The notes below the pieces were generated by a model. That model saw only the letters and a program-made list of their open reading frames with translations, did not search any database and was not told the origin of the DNA. A DNA stretch of 64,000 nt from Gemmatimonadales bacterium (GTDB taxonomy: Bacteria; Gemmatimonadota; Gemmatimonadetes; Gemmatimonadales; JACORV01). Made by a program: the position numbers and the translations under genes. The DNA lies in NCBI GenBank assembly GCA_049513575.1, contig JBEKVZ010000004.1, forward strand, positions 3,152 to 67,151. Direction: 5' to 3'. Of this stretch, positions 42,759-51,064 are shown piece by piece. How positions within the stretch are numbered: the stretch's first letter is position 1; the number at the start of each line of letters is the position of its first letter.

Positions 42759-43849
42759 GCCGCCTCCAGGAACGCCCTCAGCTCGGCCGCGGTGCCGAGG
42801 TTCACCGTCCGCACCCCGGGCAGCACCCGCTTCGCCAGGCCCGTGAGCACGTTCCCCGGTCCGATCTCCACGAACGTCGCGCCGTCGCCGGCGAGCGTCG
42901 CCAGCGCCCGGACCGAGTCCACCCACCGGACGGGGCTGGTGAGCTGCGCGTCCAGGAGCCGCCGCGCGACGTCGCCGTCGCGGACCGGCTCCGCACTCGC
43001 GTTCGCCACGACGGGGAACTTGGGGCTCGCGAGCGCCGCCGCCTTCAACGCCTCGCCGAACTGCATGGCCGCCGGCTCCATCAGCGGCGAGTGAAACGCG
43101 CCGCTCACCTTGAGCGGGATCACGCGCTTGGCTCCGGCCGCCTTGAGCAGCTCCCCGGCACGGGCGACCGCCGTCGGGTCCCCCGAGATGACGACCTGGT
43201 CGGGGGCGTTCAGGTTCGCCGCCACCACGACGCCGTCCTTCCCGCTCGCCTCGCGGCACGCGGCCGCGACCCGCTCGGCGTCGAGCCCCATCACCGCCGC
43301 CATGGTGCCCGGCCGCTCAGCGCCCGCGTCGCGCATCAGCTCACCCCGCCGCCGCACCAGCCGGGCCGCCTCCGGGCCGCCGATCGCGCCAGCCGCGACG
43401 TAGGCGCTGTATTCGCCCAGCGAATGGCCGGCCGCGGCCGCCACCCTGCTCGCCAGCGCCGGACCCGCCACCGTCCAGACCGCCCAGCTGTGCGCCAGGA
43501 TGGCCGGCTGCGCGTGATCGGTGCGGGTGAGCAGCTCCTCCGGCCCGTTCCACATCACCGCCGAAAGCGCGAAGCCGAGCGCCTCGTCCACCGCCTCCAG
43601 CGCGGCGCGCGCCGCCGGAAACGCATCCGCCAGGTCTTTCGCCATCCCGACCCACTGCGCGCCCTGGCCGGGACAGAGCAGCGCGACGGTGGCCCTCGGG
43701 CCGGGGCCAGATCGAGCGGGCGGCGCGACGGACGCCTCCGGTGCCGGTGGGTGCGCGTCCGGCGCGGTAGCACCCGTCGCGGCGCCGGATCGAGCGGGCG
43801 GCGCATCGGAAGTGTCGTGCCGGGGTCGGCGCACGTCCGGCGCGCTCAC
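42755..43849 (-). CDS. fabD: malonyl-CoA-ACP transacylase with a repeat-encoded N-terminal extension
   Basis: 364 aa. LLCPGQGAQ, GHSLGEYSA, core typical of FabD. The only in-frame canonical starts upstream of the core are GTG 43849 (GTGA with the fabH stop) and a GTG five codons downstream, at 43834. Both lie inside the repeat. Confidence 0.8.
   Translation of the reverse strand: MSAPDVRRPRHDTSDAPPARSGAATGATAPDAHPPAPEASVAPPARSGPGPRATVALLCPGQGAQWVGMAKDLADAFPAARAALEAVDEALGFALSAVMWNGPEELLTRTDHAQPAILAHSWAVWTVAGPALASRVAAAAGHSLGEYSAYVAAGAIGGPEAARLVRRRGELMRDAGAERPGTMAAVMGLDAERVAAACREASGKDGVVVAANLNAPDQVVISGDPTAVARAGELLKAAGAKRVIPLKVSGAFHSPLMEPAAMQFGEALKAAALASPKFPVVANASAEPVRDGDVARRLLDAQLTSPVRWVDSVRALATLAGDGATFVEIGPGNVLTGLAKRVLPGVRTVNLGTAAELRAFLEAA
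43703..43849. repeat. gene-junction repeat element, two tandem copies (copies 2 and 3)
   Basis: Copy at 43781-43849 (GGCGCCGGATCGAGCGGGCGGCGCATCGGAAGTGTCGTGCCGGGGTCGGCGCACGTCCGGCGCGCTCAC). A more diverged copy at 43703-43773 shares GGGGCCAGATCGAGCGGGCGGCGC...GCGTCCGGCGCG. Confidence 0.8.
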
Positions 43850-44832
43850 CAGCGGACGACCATCGCTCCCCAGGTGAACCCGGAGCCGAAAGTGACGAGC
43901 AGCACGATGGTCCCGGGCTTGAGGCGCCCGCTCTGGCGCGCCTCGTCGAGCGCCAGGGGGATCGAAGCGGAGCTGGTGTTCCCGTAGCGATCCACGTTGA
44001 CGTAGACCTTTTCCATCGGGATGTGCGCGTGCTCGGCCGTGGCCGTGATGATCCGCATGTTGGCCTGGTGCGGCACCAGCAAGTCTATCTGCTCGCCGCT
44101 GAGCCCCGCCGCGTCGAGCGCGCACTGCGCCGCGTCCGTCATCGCCCGCACCGCCGCCTTGAAGACCTCGCGCCCGGCCATCTTGAGGTAATAGCTGCGG
44201 TCCTTCAGCAGCTCCTCGCTGGGGGGATGCGACGCGCCGCCGCCCGGCCGGTAGAGCAGCTCGGCTAGGGTGCCGTCCGACTTCAGGTAGCTCGAGAGGA
44301 TCCCCCGCTCGCCCGTGGCCTTGACCAGCACGGCCGCCCCGGCGCCGTCGCCCAGGAGCACGGCGGTGCCCCGGTCGGTCTGGTCGGTGATGCAGCTCAG
44401 ACGCTCGCTGCCGACCACGAGCGCCCGCGAGGCCGTGCCCGCGTCAATCATGGACTTCGCGACCACGAGCGCGTACACCCACCCCGGGCAGGCCGCGATG
44501 ACGTCGAAGGCGGCCGCGTTCTTGGCGCCGATCAGCGCCTGGACGTCGCACGCCATCGCGGGCAGGAGCCGGTCCGGCGACGCGGTCGCCCCGACGATGA
44601 GATCGAGGTCCATCGGCTCCAGCTTTGCGTCGGCCAGCGCCTTGAGGCTCGCGTCCTTTGCCATCCCCGACGTGGTCTCGCCCGGCCCGGCGAAGTAGCG
44701 CTGCTTGATGCCCGTGCGCTCCTGGATCCACGTGTCTGACGTCTCGAGGGTCTTCTCGAAGTCGGCGTTGGTCACCAGGCGGCTCGGCACGACGGAGCCG
44801 AGCCCAGCGAAGGTCACGGTCGGTTGAATCAT
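43846..44832 (-). CDS. fabH: 3-oxoacyl-ACP synthase III
   Basis: 328 aa. TSDTWIQERTGI, AACPGWVYAL, PHQANMRI, GNTSSASIPLAL. Confidence 0.95.
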   Translation of the reverse strand: MIQPTVTFAGLGSVVPSRLVTNADFEKTLETSDTWIQERTGIKQRYFAGPGETTSGMAKDASLKALADAKLEPMDLDLIVGATASPDRLLPAMACDVQALIGAKNAAAFDVIAACPGWVYALVVAKSMIDAGTASRALVVGSERLSCITDQTDRGTAVLLGDGAGAAVLVKATGERGILSSYLKSDGTLAELLYRPGGGASHPPSEELLKDRSYYLKMAGREVFKAAVRAMTDAAQCALDAAGLSGEQIDLLVPHQANMRIITATAEHAHIPMEKVYVNVDRYGNTSSASIPLALDEARQSGRLKPGTIVLLVTFGSGFTWGAMVVRW

Positions 44833-45833
44833 TGGCTCACGCGGTCACGAGTGAACTCGCGCTCCATATGCTGGACCAGGTGGTGCTGTGCGGCATCCAC
44901 GGCGACCTTGACGGCGTTCCGGATCGCCTCGGGCGACGAGCGGCCGTGGCAGATGATGGACAGCCCGCGGACCCCGAGAAGCGGCGCGCCGCCGATCTCC
45001 GCGTAGTCGAGCCGGCGCCAGATCCGGGTCATCGCCTCGCCGGCGGCCATGGCCGCGCCCAGCTCGCGCTCGACCAGCGTCCGGAACAGGCGCTCGACCG
45101 ACTCGTAGAACTTCAGCACGACGTTGCCGGTGAAGCCGTCGCAGACCACGACGTCGAAGTCCCCGGCCTCGCAGCGCCCCAGCAGAATGTGGCGACCCTC
45201 GACGTTCCCCACGAACTTGAGGCCGCTCTCCCGGAGCAGGCGGTACGCGTCCTTCGCGGCCGCGTTTCCCTTCTCATCCTCCTCGCCGATGTTCAGCAGC
45301 CCGATGGCCGGGTCCGAGCGACCCATCACGTCCCGCGCGTACAGGGCGCCGAGATGGGCGAACCCGACCAGCTCGTGGGCGGAGCAGTCCACGTTGGCGC
45401 CGACGTCCAGCACCAGCACCGTCTGCCGGCTGGTGGGGAACGGCGTCCCGATGGCCGGTCGCTCGAAGCCGTCGTAGAGGCGGAGCATCAAGGTGGAGGC
45501 GGCCATCACCGCGCCGGTATTGCCTGCGCTGATGAACGCGTCGGACTGGCCGGCCTTCTGGAGCCCGAGTCCTAACGCAATGGAGGAGTTACGCTTGGAG
45601 CGGATGGCCTGAAGCGGTTTCTCGCCCATCCCAATGACTTCGGGGGCGTCCACGACCTGGATCCGGCTGCGATCGACCTTGGAGCGCGCGAGCTCCCGCT
45701 CGATGGGGTGCTGCTGGCCCACGAGCTGGATCCCGATGTCCCCGGGCAGCTCGGCCAGCGCCATGGCGGCGCCGGCGACGGGGACGGCAGGAGCATGGTC
45801 GCCCCCCATCGCGTCGATCGCGATGCGGATCAC
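44829..45833 (-). CDS. plsX: phosphate acyltransferase PlsX
   Basis: 334 aa. IRIAIDAMGGDHAP. GTG start directly abutting the rpmF stop; ATGA overlap with fabH. Confidence 0.95.
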   Translation of the reverse strand: MIRIAIDAMGGDHAPAVPVAGAAMALAELPGDIGIQLVGQQHPIERELARSKVDRSRIQVVDAPEVIGMGEKPLQAIRSKRNSSIALGLGLQKAGQSDAFISAGNTGAVMAASTLMLRLYDGFERPAIGTPFPTSRQTVLVLDVGANVDCSAHELVGFAHLGALYARDVMGRSDPAIGLLNIGEEDEKGNAAAKDAYRLLRESGLKFVGNVEGRHILLGRCEAGDFDVVVCDGFTGNVVLKFYESVERLFRTLVERELGAAMAAGEAMTRIWRRLDYAEIGGAPLLGVRGLSIICHGRSSPEAIRNAVKVAVDAAQHHLVQHMEREFTRDRVSQ

Positions 45834-46013
45834 TCAGTCCTCGATTTCGATGCGCCGCTCGCCCCTGTAGTAACCGCAGTTCGGGCACACGTGATGCGGC
45901 CTGCGCATCTCACCGCACTTAGGGCACGGGTTCAGCACCGTCGCCACGGCCTTGAAGTGGGTGCGGCGCATGCGCTTCTTCGACTTGGACGTTCGTCGCT
46001 TCGGGACAGCCAT
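45834..46013 (-). CDS. rpmF: 50S ribosomal protein L32
   Basis: 59 aa. MAVPKRRTSKSKKRMRRTH...CPKCGEMRRPHHVCPNCGYY. ATG 46013 lies in frame within the 90-aa ORF. Confidence 0.9.
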   Translation of the reverse strand: MAVPKRRTSKSKKRMRRTHFKAVATVLNPCPKCGEMRRPHHVCPNCGYYRGERRIEIED

Positions 46014-46017
46014 GGGA

Positions 46018-46521
46018 TCATTCGCCTTTGCGTAGCTTGGTGAGCGCCGCCCAGCGCGGATCGATCTCCGGCTGGCAGCCGCACGGGCCGGCATTGAGGT
46101 CGGCACCGCACCGGGGGCACAGGCCGCGACAGTCGTCGCGGCATTCCACGAACTGCGGCACGGCGAGGATCAACTCCTCGCGGACCGCCTCCGACAGATC
46201 GAGCGTCGTCGCGCGCCGTGGCACGACGTAGCAGTCGTCACCCTCGCCCGCTTCGTCCTCGGCGACGAAGACCAGCCCCACGGACTGCGAGAGCGGGACG
46301 CGCACCGGCGCGAGGCAGCGGCGGCACTCGCCCTGGACCACGGTCACGAGCCGCGCCTGCCAGTAGTACGTCCCTTCCCCTGCCGTGCTGAGCCGCCCTG
46401 TGACGACGAGAGGAGAGGCGAGCGCGATGCCGGTGCCCACTACGAGGGGGTCGTCGGCCGCCACCTCGGCAGCCGTCTCAACCGGCCCCTCGCGCACCGC
46501 CGCGAGGTCGATGCGCAGCAT
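46018..46521 (-). CDS. yceD: YceD/DUF177 family protein
   Basis: About 167 aa from ATG 46521 (TTG 46560 is an alternative start). CRRCLAPV...CRDDCRGLCPRCGADLN. Canonical position upstream of rpmF. Confidence 0.8.
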   Translation of the reverse strand: MLRIDLAAVREGPVETAAEVAADDPLVVGTGIALASPLVVTGRLSTAGEGTYYWQARLVTVVQGECRRCLAPVRVPLSQSVGLVFVAEDEAGEGDDCYVVPRRATTLDLSEAVREELILAVPQFVECRDDCRGLCPRCGADLNAGPCGCQPEIDPRWAALTKLRKGE

Positions 46522-46598
46522 AGAACGGACGAACCTAACTCCTTGTCCTGCTTGGGTCAACCGAATCCTGGGCTGCCGGCTCGGAGCTCCAGGAGCCG

Positions 46599-47009
46599 CT
46601 ACGCCAAGTCCGCTTCCGGGAAGAAGAAGGCCACCTCGCGGACTGCGTTTTCGGGGCTGTCGGAGGCGTGGATGGCGTTCCGCTCCTTGGACTCCGCGTA
46701 GAGCGCGCGCACGGTGCCAGGGGCGGCGTCCTTGGGGTCGGTGGCGCCGATGACCTCTCGGAGCTTGGCGACGGCGTCCTGCCGCTCCAGCGCCAGCGGG
46801 AGGCAGGGACCGGAGGTCATGAAGGTGACCAGCGGGCGGAAGAACGCGCGCTCGCGGTGGACGGCGTAGAAGGCCTCTGCCTGCGCCGTGGTGAGCCGGA
46901 CCATCCGGGCTGCGCGGACCTTGAATCCGGCCGCCTCGAGGTGGGCGAGGACCTTCCCTGCCTTGAGCGACGCCATGGCGTCGGGCTTGATGATGGCGAG
47001 CGTGAGCAT
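46599..47009 (-). CDS. ndk: nucleoside diphosphate kinase
   Basis: 136 aa. LTLAIIKPDA, catalytic NAIHASDS. Confidence 0.95.
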   Translation of the reverse strand: MLTLAIIKPDAMASLKAGKVLAHLEAAGFKVRAARMVRLTTAQAEAFYAVHRERAFFRPLVTFMTSGPCLPLALERQDAVAKLREVIGATDPKDAAPGTVRALYAESKERNAIHASDSPENAVREVAFFFPEADLA

Positions 47010-47016
47010 CGGCGGT

Positions 47017-47925
47017 TCAGTACCCCAGGAGTTTGCGAACGATGTCGCCGCGCGTCAGGAATCCGACCAGGGCGCCGTCGCGCGTGACGGGGAATCTATC
47101 CACGTCCTTCGCCAGCATCAGGGCCGCGACGTCGGCGATCGTCTGGTCCTCGGCCAGGCAGAGGACGGTCCGGTCCATGGCATCGCGGACGGGCACGGCG
47201 CGCGGCTCCGCCGGCGACTCGCGGGCCGTCCGGCGCTTGACCGCCTTCATCTGCCCCGTCGAGAGCTGCTGGACCGTCTGCGGGAGGAGGTGCTTGAGCA
47301 GGTGCCCGTCGGTCAGCAGGCCCAGCACCTCGCCGCTGGGGCCGGTCACCGGGAGGGCGCGGACGCCGCGGCCGAGCATCACGCGCGCGGCCTCGCCGAG
47401 GGGAGTCTCCGGCCCCACCGTGGTCACGTTGGTCGTCATCAGGTCGTGCACGGTGACGTCGCCGGGCACGGCCGTCTCTCGCAGGGCCAGGATGGCCAGG
47501 ACCTCGTCGGGGCTCCTGGCGGCGTGCAGGCCCGCGAGGATGTCGTCGGAGGCCAGGGCGCGCGCGATCGCGCTCATCGCGCGCAGGTACTCGGACGCCT
47601 CCCGGATCGGCGCCAGGATGAGCACCACGACGCGGGCGCAGCGGTTCGGGTCCTGGTCGCGGCAGATCGGCTGCGCCGAGACGCCGATGGCCACGGCGAG
47701 CGAGGCGGCCGCGTCGGTCCGGAAATGCGGAAGGAAGGCGCGGCCGGCGACCATGACGACGTCTTCCGGCCACTCGTGCTTGAGCATCTCGGTGAGGCGC
47801 GGCTCGTCCGCGACGGCGCCGGACTTGACCAGGGTGCGCGCCAGCTTCGAGGTGGCCTCGCGCACGCTCCGCGCCTCGAGCGGGACGATGATCCGGCGCC
47901 GGTCGAGCAGATCGGCCAGTTTCAC
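47017..47925 (-). CDS. PTS EIIA(Ntr)-like domain fused to a CBS pair
   Basis: 302 aa. The N-terminal ~150 aa are PtsN-like ([26 protein letters not shown]...[11 protein letters not shown] with a candidate phospho-His). The C-terminal half has two CBS motifs ([12 protein letters not shown]...VRALPVT; [12 protein letters not shown]...VDRFPVT). GTGA overlap with the sucD stop. Confidence 0.8.
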   Translation of the reverse strand: MKLADLLDRRRIIVPLEARSVREATSKLARTLVKSGAVADEPRLTEMLKHEWPEDVVMVAGRAFLPHFRTDAAASLAVAIGVSAQPICRDQDPNRCARVVVLILAPIREASEYLRAMSAIARALASDDILAGLHAARSPDEVLAILALRETAVPGDVTVHDLMTTNVTTVGPETPLGEAARVMLGRGVRALPVTGPSGEVLGLLTDGHLLKHLLPQTVQQLSTGQMKAVKRRTARESPAEPRAVPVRDAMDRTVLCLAEDQTIADVAALMLAKDVDRFPVTRDGALVGFLTRGDIVRKLLGY

Positions 47926-48926
47926 CGCTTCTTCTTCACCGGTTTCTTGGCCGCCTTCTTCGGGGTCTTCTTCGCCGTCTGCTTCGTCAGCTTGGCGGGC
48001 TTCCGCAGCGCGCTCGAGCTCTTCAGCCTGCTCGAAGCCCGCATCCTGCTCGATCCCCGTATCCTGCTCGATATCAAGGGCACGACGTCAGCGGGGCGCT
48101 TCATGACCGAGATGCCGGCGCGCTCGAACGCCGCGATCTTCTCGGCTGCGGTCCCGGAGGACCCGGAGATGATGGCGCCGGCGTGGCCCATCCGGCGGCC
48201 CGGCGGCGCGGTCTGCCCGGCGATGAATCCGACCACCGGCTTCTTCATCTTCGCCTTCACGAACTCGGCCGCCTTCTGCTCGTCGGTCCCCCCGATCTCG
48301 CCGATGATCACGACCGCCTTCGTGGCCGTGTCGGCTTCGAACGCGGCCAGGCAGTCGATGAAGTTCGTGCCGATGATCGGGTCGCCGCCGATCCCGACGC
48401 AGGTGGTCTGGCCGAGGCCCGCGCGGGTGAGCTGGTAGACGACCTCGTAGGTGAGCGTGCCGGAGCGCGAAACCACCCCGATCGGCCCCGGGGCGCAGAT
48501 CTGCCCGGGAATGATGCCGACCTTGGCGACGCCCGGCGTGATGATCCCCGGACAGTTGGGGCCGATCAGCCGCACGCCCCGCTCGGCGAGGTACGGGAAG
48601 ACCCGCGTCATGTCGAGGACGGGGACGCCTTCGCTGATGCACACGACGAGCTTGATGCCCGCGTCGGCCGCCTCGAAGACGGCGTCGGCGGCGAACTTCG
48701 CCGGAACGTAGATGACCGAGGTGTTGGCGGACGTGGCGGCGACCGCCTCCGCCACCGTGTTGAAGATCGGGACCTTGTTCTCGAACTTCTGCCCGCCCTT
48801 GCCGGGCGTCACGCCGGCGACCACCGGCGTGCCGTAGGCGAGCATCTGCTTGGTGTGGAACGAGCCGTCGCGGCCCGTGATCCCCTGCACCACCAGCCTG
48901 GTGCTCTTGTCGACGAAGATGCTCAC
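47922..48926 (-). CDS. sucD: succinyl-CoA ligase subunit alpha with a ~49-aa Ser/Arg- and Lys-rich C-terminal tail
   Basis: 334 aa. [31 protein letters not shown]. The tail [49 protein letters not shown] is in frame with GC3-rich codons (AAG). GTGA overlap with the sucC stop. Confidence 0.9.
   Translation of the reverse strand: MSIFVDKSTRLVVQGITGRDGSFHTKQMLAYGTPVVAGVTPGKGGQKFENKVPIFNTVAEAVAATSANTSVIYVPAKFAADAVFEAADAGIKLVVCISEGVPVLDMTRVFPYLAERGVRLIGPNCPGIITPGVAKVGIIPGQICAPGPIGVVSRSGTLTYEVVYQLTRAGLGQTTCVGIGGDPIIGTNFIDCLAAFEADTATKAVVIIGEIGGTDEQKAAEFVKAKMKKPVVGFIAGQTAPPGRRMGHAGAIISGSSGTAAEKIAAFERAGISVMKRPADVVPLISSRIRGSSRMRASSRLKSSSALRKPAKLTKQTAKKTPKKAAKKPVKKKR
48000..48071. repeat. 18-bp tandem repeat x4 within the sucD tail
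   Basis: The CTCGA anchor recurs at 48013, 48031, 48049 and 48067 (period 18). It encodes [24 protein letters not shown]. Confidence 0.8.
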
Positions 48927-50071
48927 GCCGTCGCCCCTCCCTTCGCCACCTTCACCGCCTGCTCCACGGCGGCGTCCATGTCCGTCAGCGCCCGCATCCC
49001 CACCCCCTCGAGGATCTTCAGGGCCTCCTTCTCGTTGGTCCCCGTCAGGCGGATCACCAGCGGCCGGTCCACCTTGAACTGGCGGGTGGCCGCGACGATG
49101 CCGTTGGCCACGTCGTCGCACCGCGTGATCCCGCCGAAGATGTTGAACAGGATGGCTTTCACCTTGGGATCGCCGGTGATAATCTTGAGGGCCGTCACGA
49201 CCTTCTCGGGGTTCGAGGACCCGCCGATGTCGAGAAAGTTGGCCGGCTCCCCGCCGTAGTACTTCACCAGGTCCATCGTGGCCATCGCGAGGCCCGCGCC
49301 GTTCACGCAGCACCCGACGTTCCCGTCGAGCTTGATGTAGGTGAGGTTGGCTTCGCGCGCCATCACCTCGGAGGCTTCCTCCGCCGCGACGTCGCGCAGC
49401 GCCTCGATCGCCGGCTTCCGCTCCAGCTCGTTGTCGTCCACGACGATCTTCGCGTCCAGGGCCACGACCTCTCCCTTGGGTGTGACGACCAGTGGGTTGA
49501 TCTCGGCCAGCGACGCGCCCGCGTCCACGAAGGCGCGGTAGAGCTTCTGGAGGATGTCAGCGGCCTGGCGCACCAGCGCGACGTCGCTGTAGAGGCGGAA
49601 CCCCAGCGCCATCGCCTGGTGGGGCAGCAACCCGTAGCGGGCGTCCACCGTCGCCCGGAAGATCTTCTCCGGCGTCTTGGCCGCGACCTCCTCGATGTCG
49701 ATGCCGCCGGCCGGGCTCACCATGAAGACCGGAGAGTGACTGGCGCGATCCACGATCACGCCGACGTACGCCTCGCTCGCGATCTCGGTGGCGGGGACGA
49801 CCAGCACCTTGCCGACCGTCAGGCCCTTGATCTTCATCCCGAGGATCTGACCGGCCAGACGCTCGGCCTGCTCGGGCGAGTCGGCGAGCTTGACCCCGCC
49901 GGCCTTGCCGCGCCCTCCCGCGTGCACCTGCGCCTTCACGACGACCTTGGGGACCCCGAGGCGCTCCATCGCGCGCTTGGCCTCGGCGGGCGTCGCGGCG
50001 ACGACGCCCGGCGGCACGGCGATTCCGGCCCGCGCGAGCAGCTCGCGCGCCTGATACTCGTGTATGTTCAT
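48923..50071 (-). CDS. sucC: succinyl-CoA ligase subunit beta
   Basis: 382 aa. [39 protein letters not shown]. Confidence 0.95.
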   Translation of the reverse strand: MNIHEYQARELLARAGIAVPPGVVAATPAEAKRAMERLGVPKVVVKAQVHAGGRGKAGGVKLADSPEQAERLAGQILGMKIKGLTVGKVLVVPATEIASEAYVGVIVDRASHSPVFMVSPAGGIDIEEVAAKTPEKIFRATVDARYGLLPHQAMALGFRLYSDVALVRQAADILQKLYRAFVDAGASLAEINPLVVTPKGEVVALDAKIVVDDNELERKPAIEALRDVAAEEASEVMAREANLTYIKLDGNVGCCVNGAGLAMATMDLVKYYGGEPANFLDIGGSSNPEKVVTALKIITGDPKVKAILFNIFGGITRCDDVANGIVAATRQFKVDRPLVIRLTGTNEKEALKILEGVGMRALTDMDAAVEQAVKVAKGGATA

Positions 50072-51018
50072 CGTTCCTCAGCCACAATGGTTGTACCGGT
50101 CTCGCCACGGATCGCGGCGAGTCCCGAGCCCAGTTCCGCGATCACCGCGCGGGCCCCACCGCCCCGCACGAAGGCGATCGCGGCCTCCACCTTGGGGCGC
50201 ATGCTGCCGTCCGCGAATTGTCCTTCGCGCAGCAGGATTTCGGCCTCCGCGGTGCTCATACGCCGGATGGGTGCCGCACGGTCCGTGCCGTAGTCCCGCT
50301 CGACCGCCTCGACATCCGTAAGAATCAGGAGCAGCTCCGCATGGAGCTCCCGGGCGAGGATCGCCGCGGTCCGGTCCTTGTCCACGACCGCGTCCACCCC
50401 CTCCAGGCGGAGCACCGGGTCGCGATAGACCGGGGGCCCACCGCCGCCCGCCGCCACGACGATCGCCCCCGCTTCGACCAGGCGCCGCACCATCGGGGCC
50501 TCGACGACGTCGATCGGCACGGGGCTCGCGGTGAGCCGCCGCCACCGGCCGGCCTGGTCCTTCCCGACCGGCTGGCCGCGCCGCTCGAGCGTGGCGCGCC
50601 GCTCCGGCGTGAGCTCGTGCCCTATCGGCTTGGTCGGCTGCGCGAGGCGCGGATCGTCCGGGGCCACCAGCGTCTGGGTGATGAGCGTCACGACCGCGCG
50701 GTCGATCCGGGCGCGCTCCAGCGCGTTCTGCAGCGACTGTTGGATCATGTAGCCGATCCACCCGGCGGTCTCGGCCACCAGCACGCCCAGCGGCAGCGGC
50801 TCGACGTCGGCCGCGGCCAGCTCGTTGCGCGCCAGCGAATCGCCCACCTGCGGACCGTTGCCGTGGACGATGGCGATCTGCCACCCCTCGCGCGCCAGAT
50901 CCACGATCGGCGCCAGGCTCTCGCGCGTGTGCCGGAACTGGCTCGCGATGGTGCCGCGCTCGCCTGCGGGCGCCAGCGCGTTGCCTCCGAGAGCCACGAC
51001 CATCGTACGCCCTGCCAT
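50068..51018 (-). CDS. arcC: carbamate kinase
   Basis: 316 aa. VVALGGNAL, IVHGNGPQVG, AAGGGGPPV, VVDKDRTAA. ATG 51018 is preceded by AGGAGG. ATGA overlap with the sucC start. Confidence 0.85.
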   Translation of the reverse strand: MAGRTMVVALGGNALAPAGERGTIASQFRHTRESLAPIVDLAREGWQIAIVHGNGPQVGDSLARNELAAADVEPLPLGVLVAETAGWIGYMIQQSLQNALERARIDRAVVTLITQTLVAPDDPRLAQPTKPIGHELTPERRATLERRGQPVGKDQAGRWRRLTASPVPIDVVEAPMVRRLVEAGAIVVAAGGGGPPVYRDPVLRLEGVDAVVDKDRTAAILARELHAELLLILTDVEAVERDYGTDRAAPIRRMSTAEAEILLREGQFADGSMRPKVEAAIAFVRGGGARAVIAELGSGLAAIRGETGTTIVAEER

Positions 51019-51064
51019 CAAGCCTCCTGAAGGCCGCCGAAACTAGGCGCCCGTTCCCACGGCT

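Noticed and set aside
47926-48087. An acidic peptide ([42 protein letters not shown]...) in the frame of the EIIA-CBS gene, as an N-terminal extension of that protein.
   Set aside because: That frame has no ATG, GTG, TTG or CTG between the stop at 48088-48090 and GTG 47925. Its second half uses GAA-type codons atypical for this genome. The SucD frame has better GC3 throughout.
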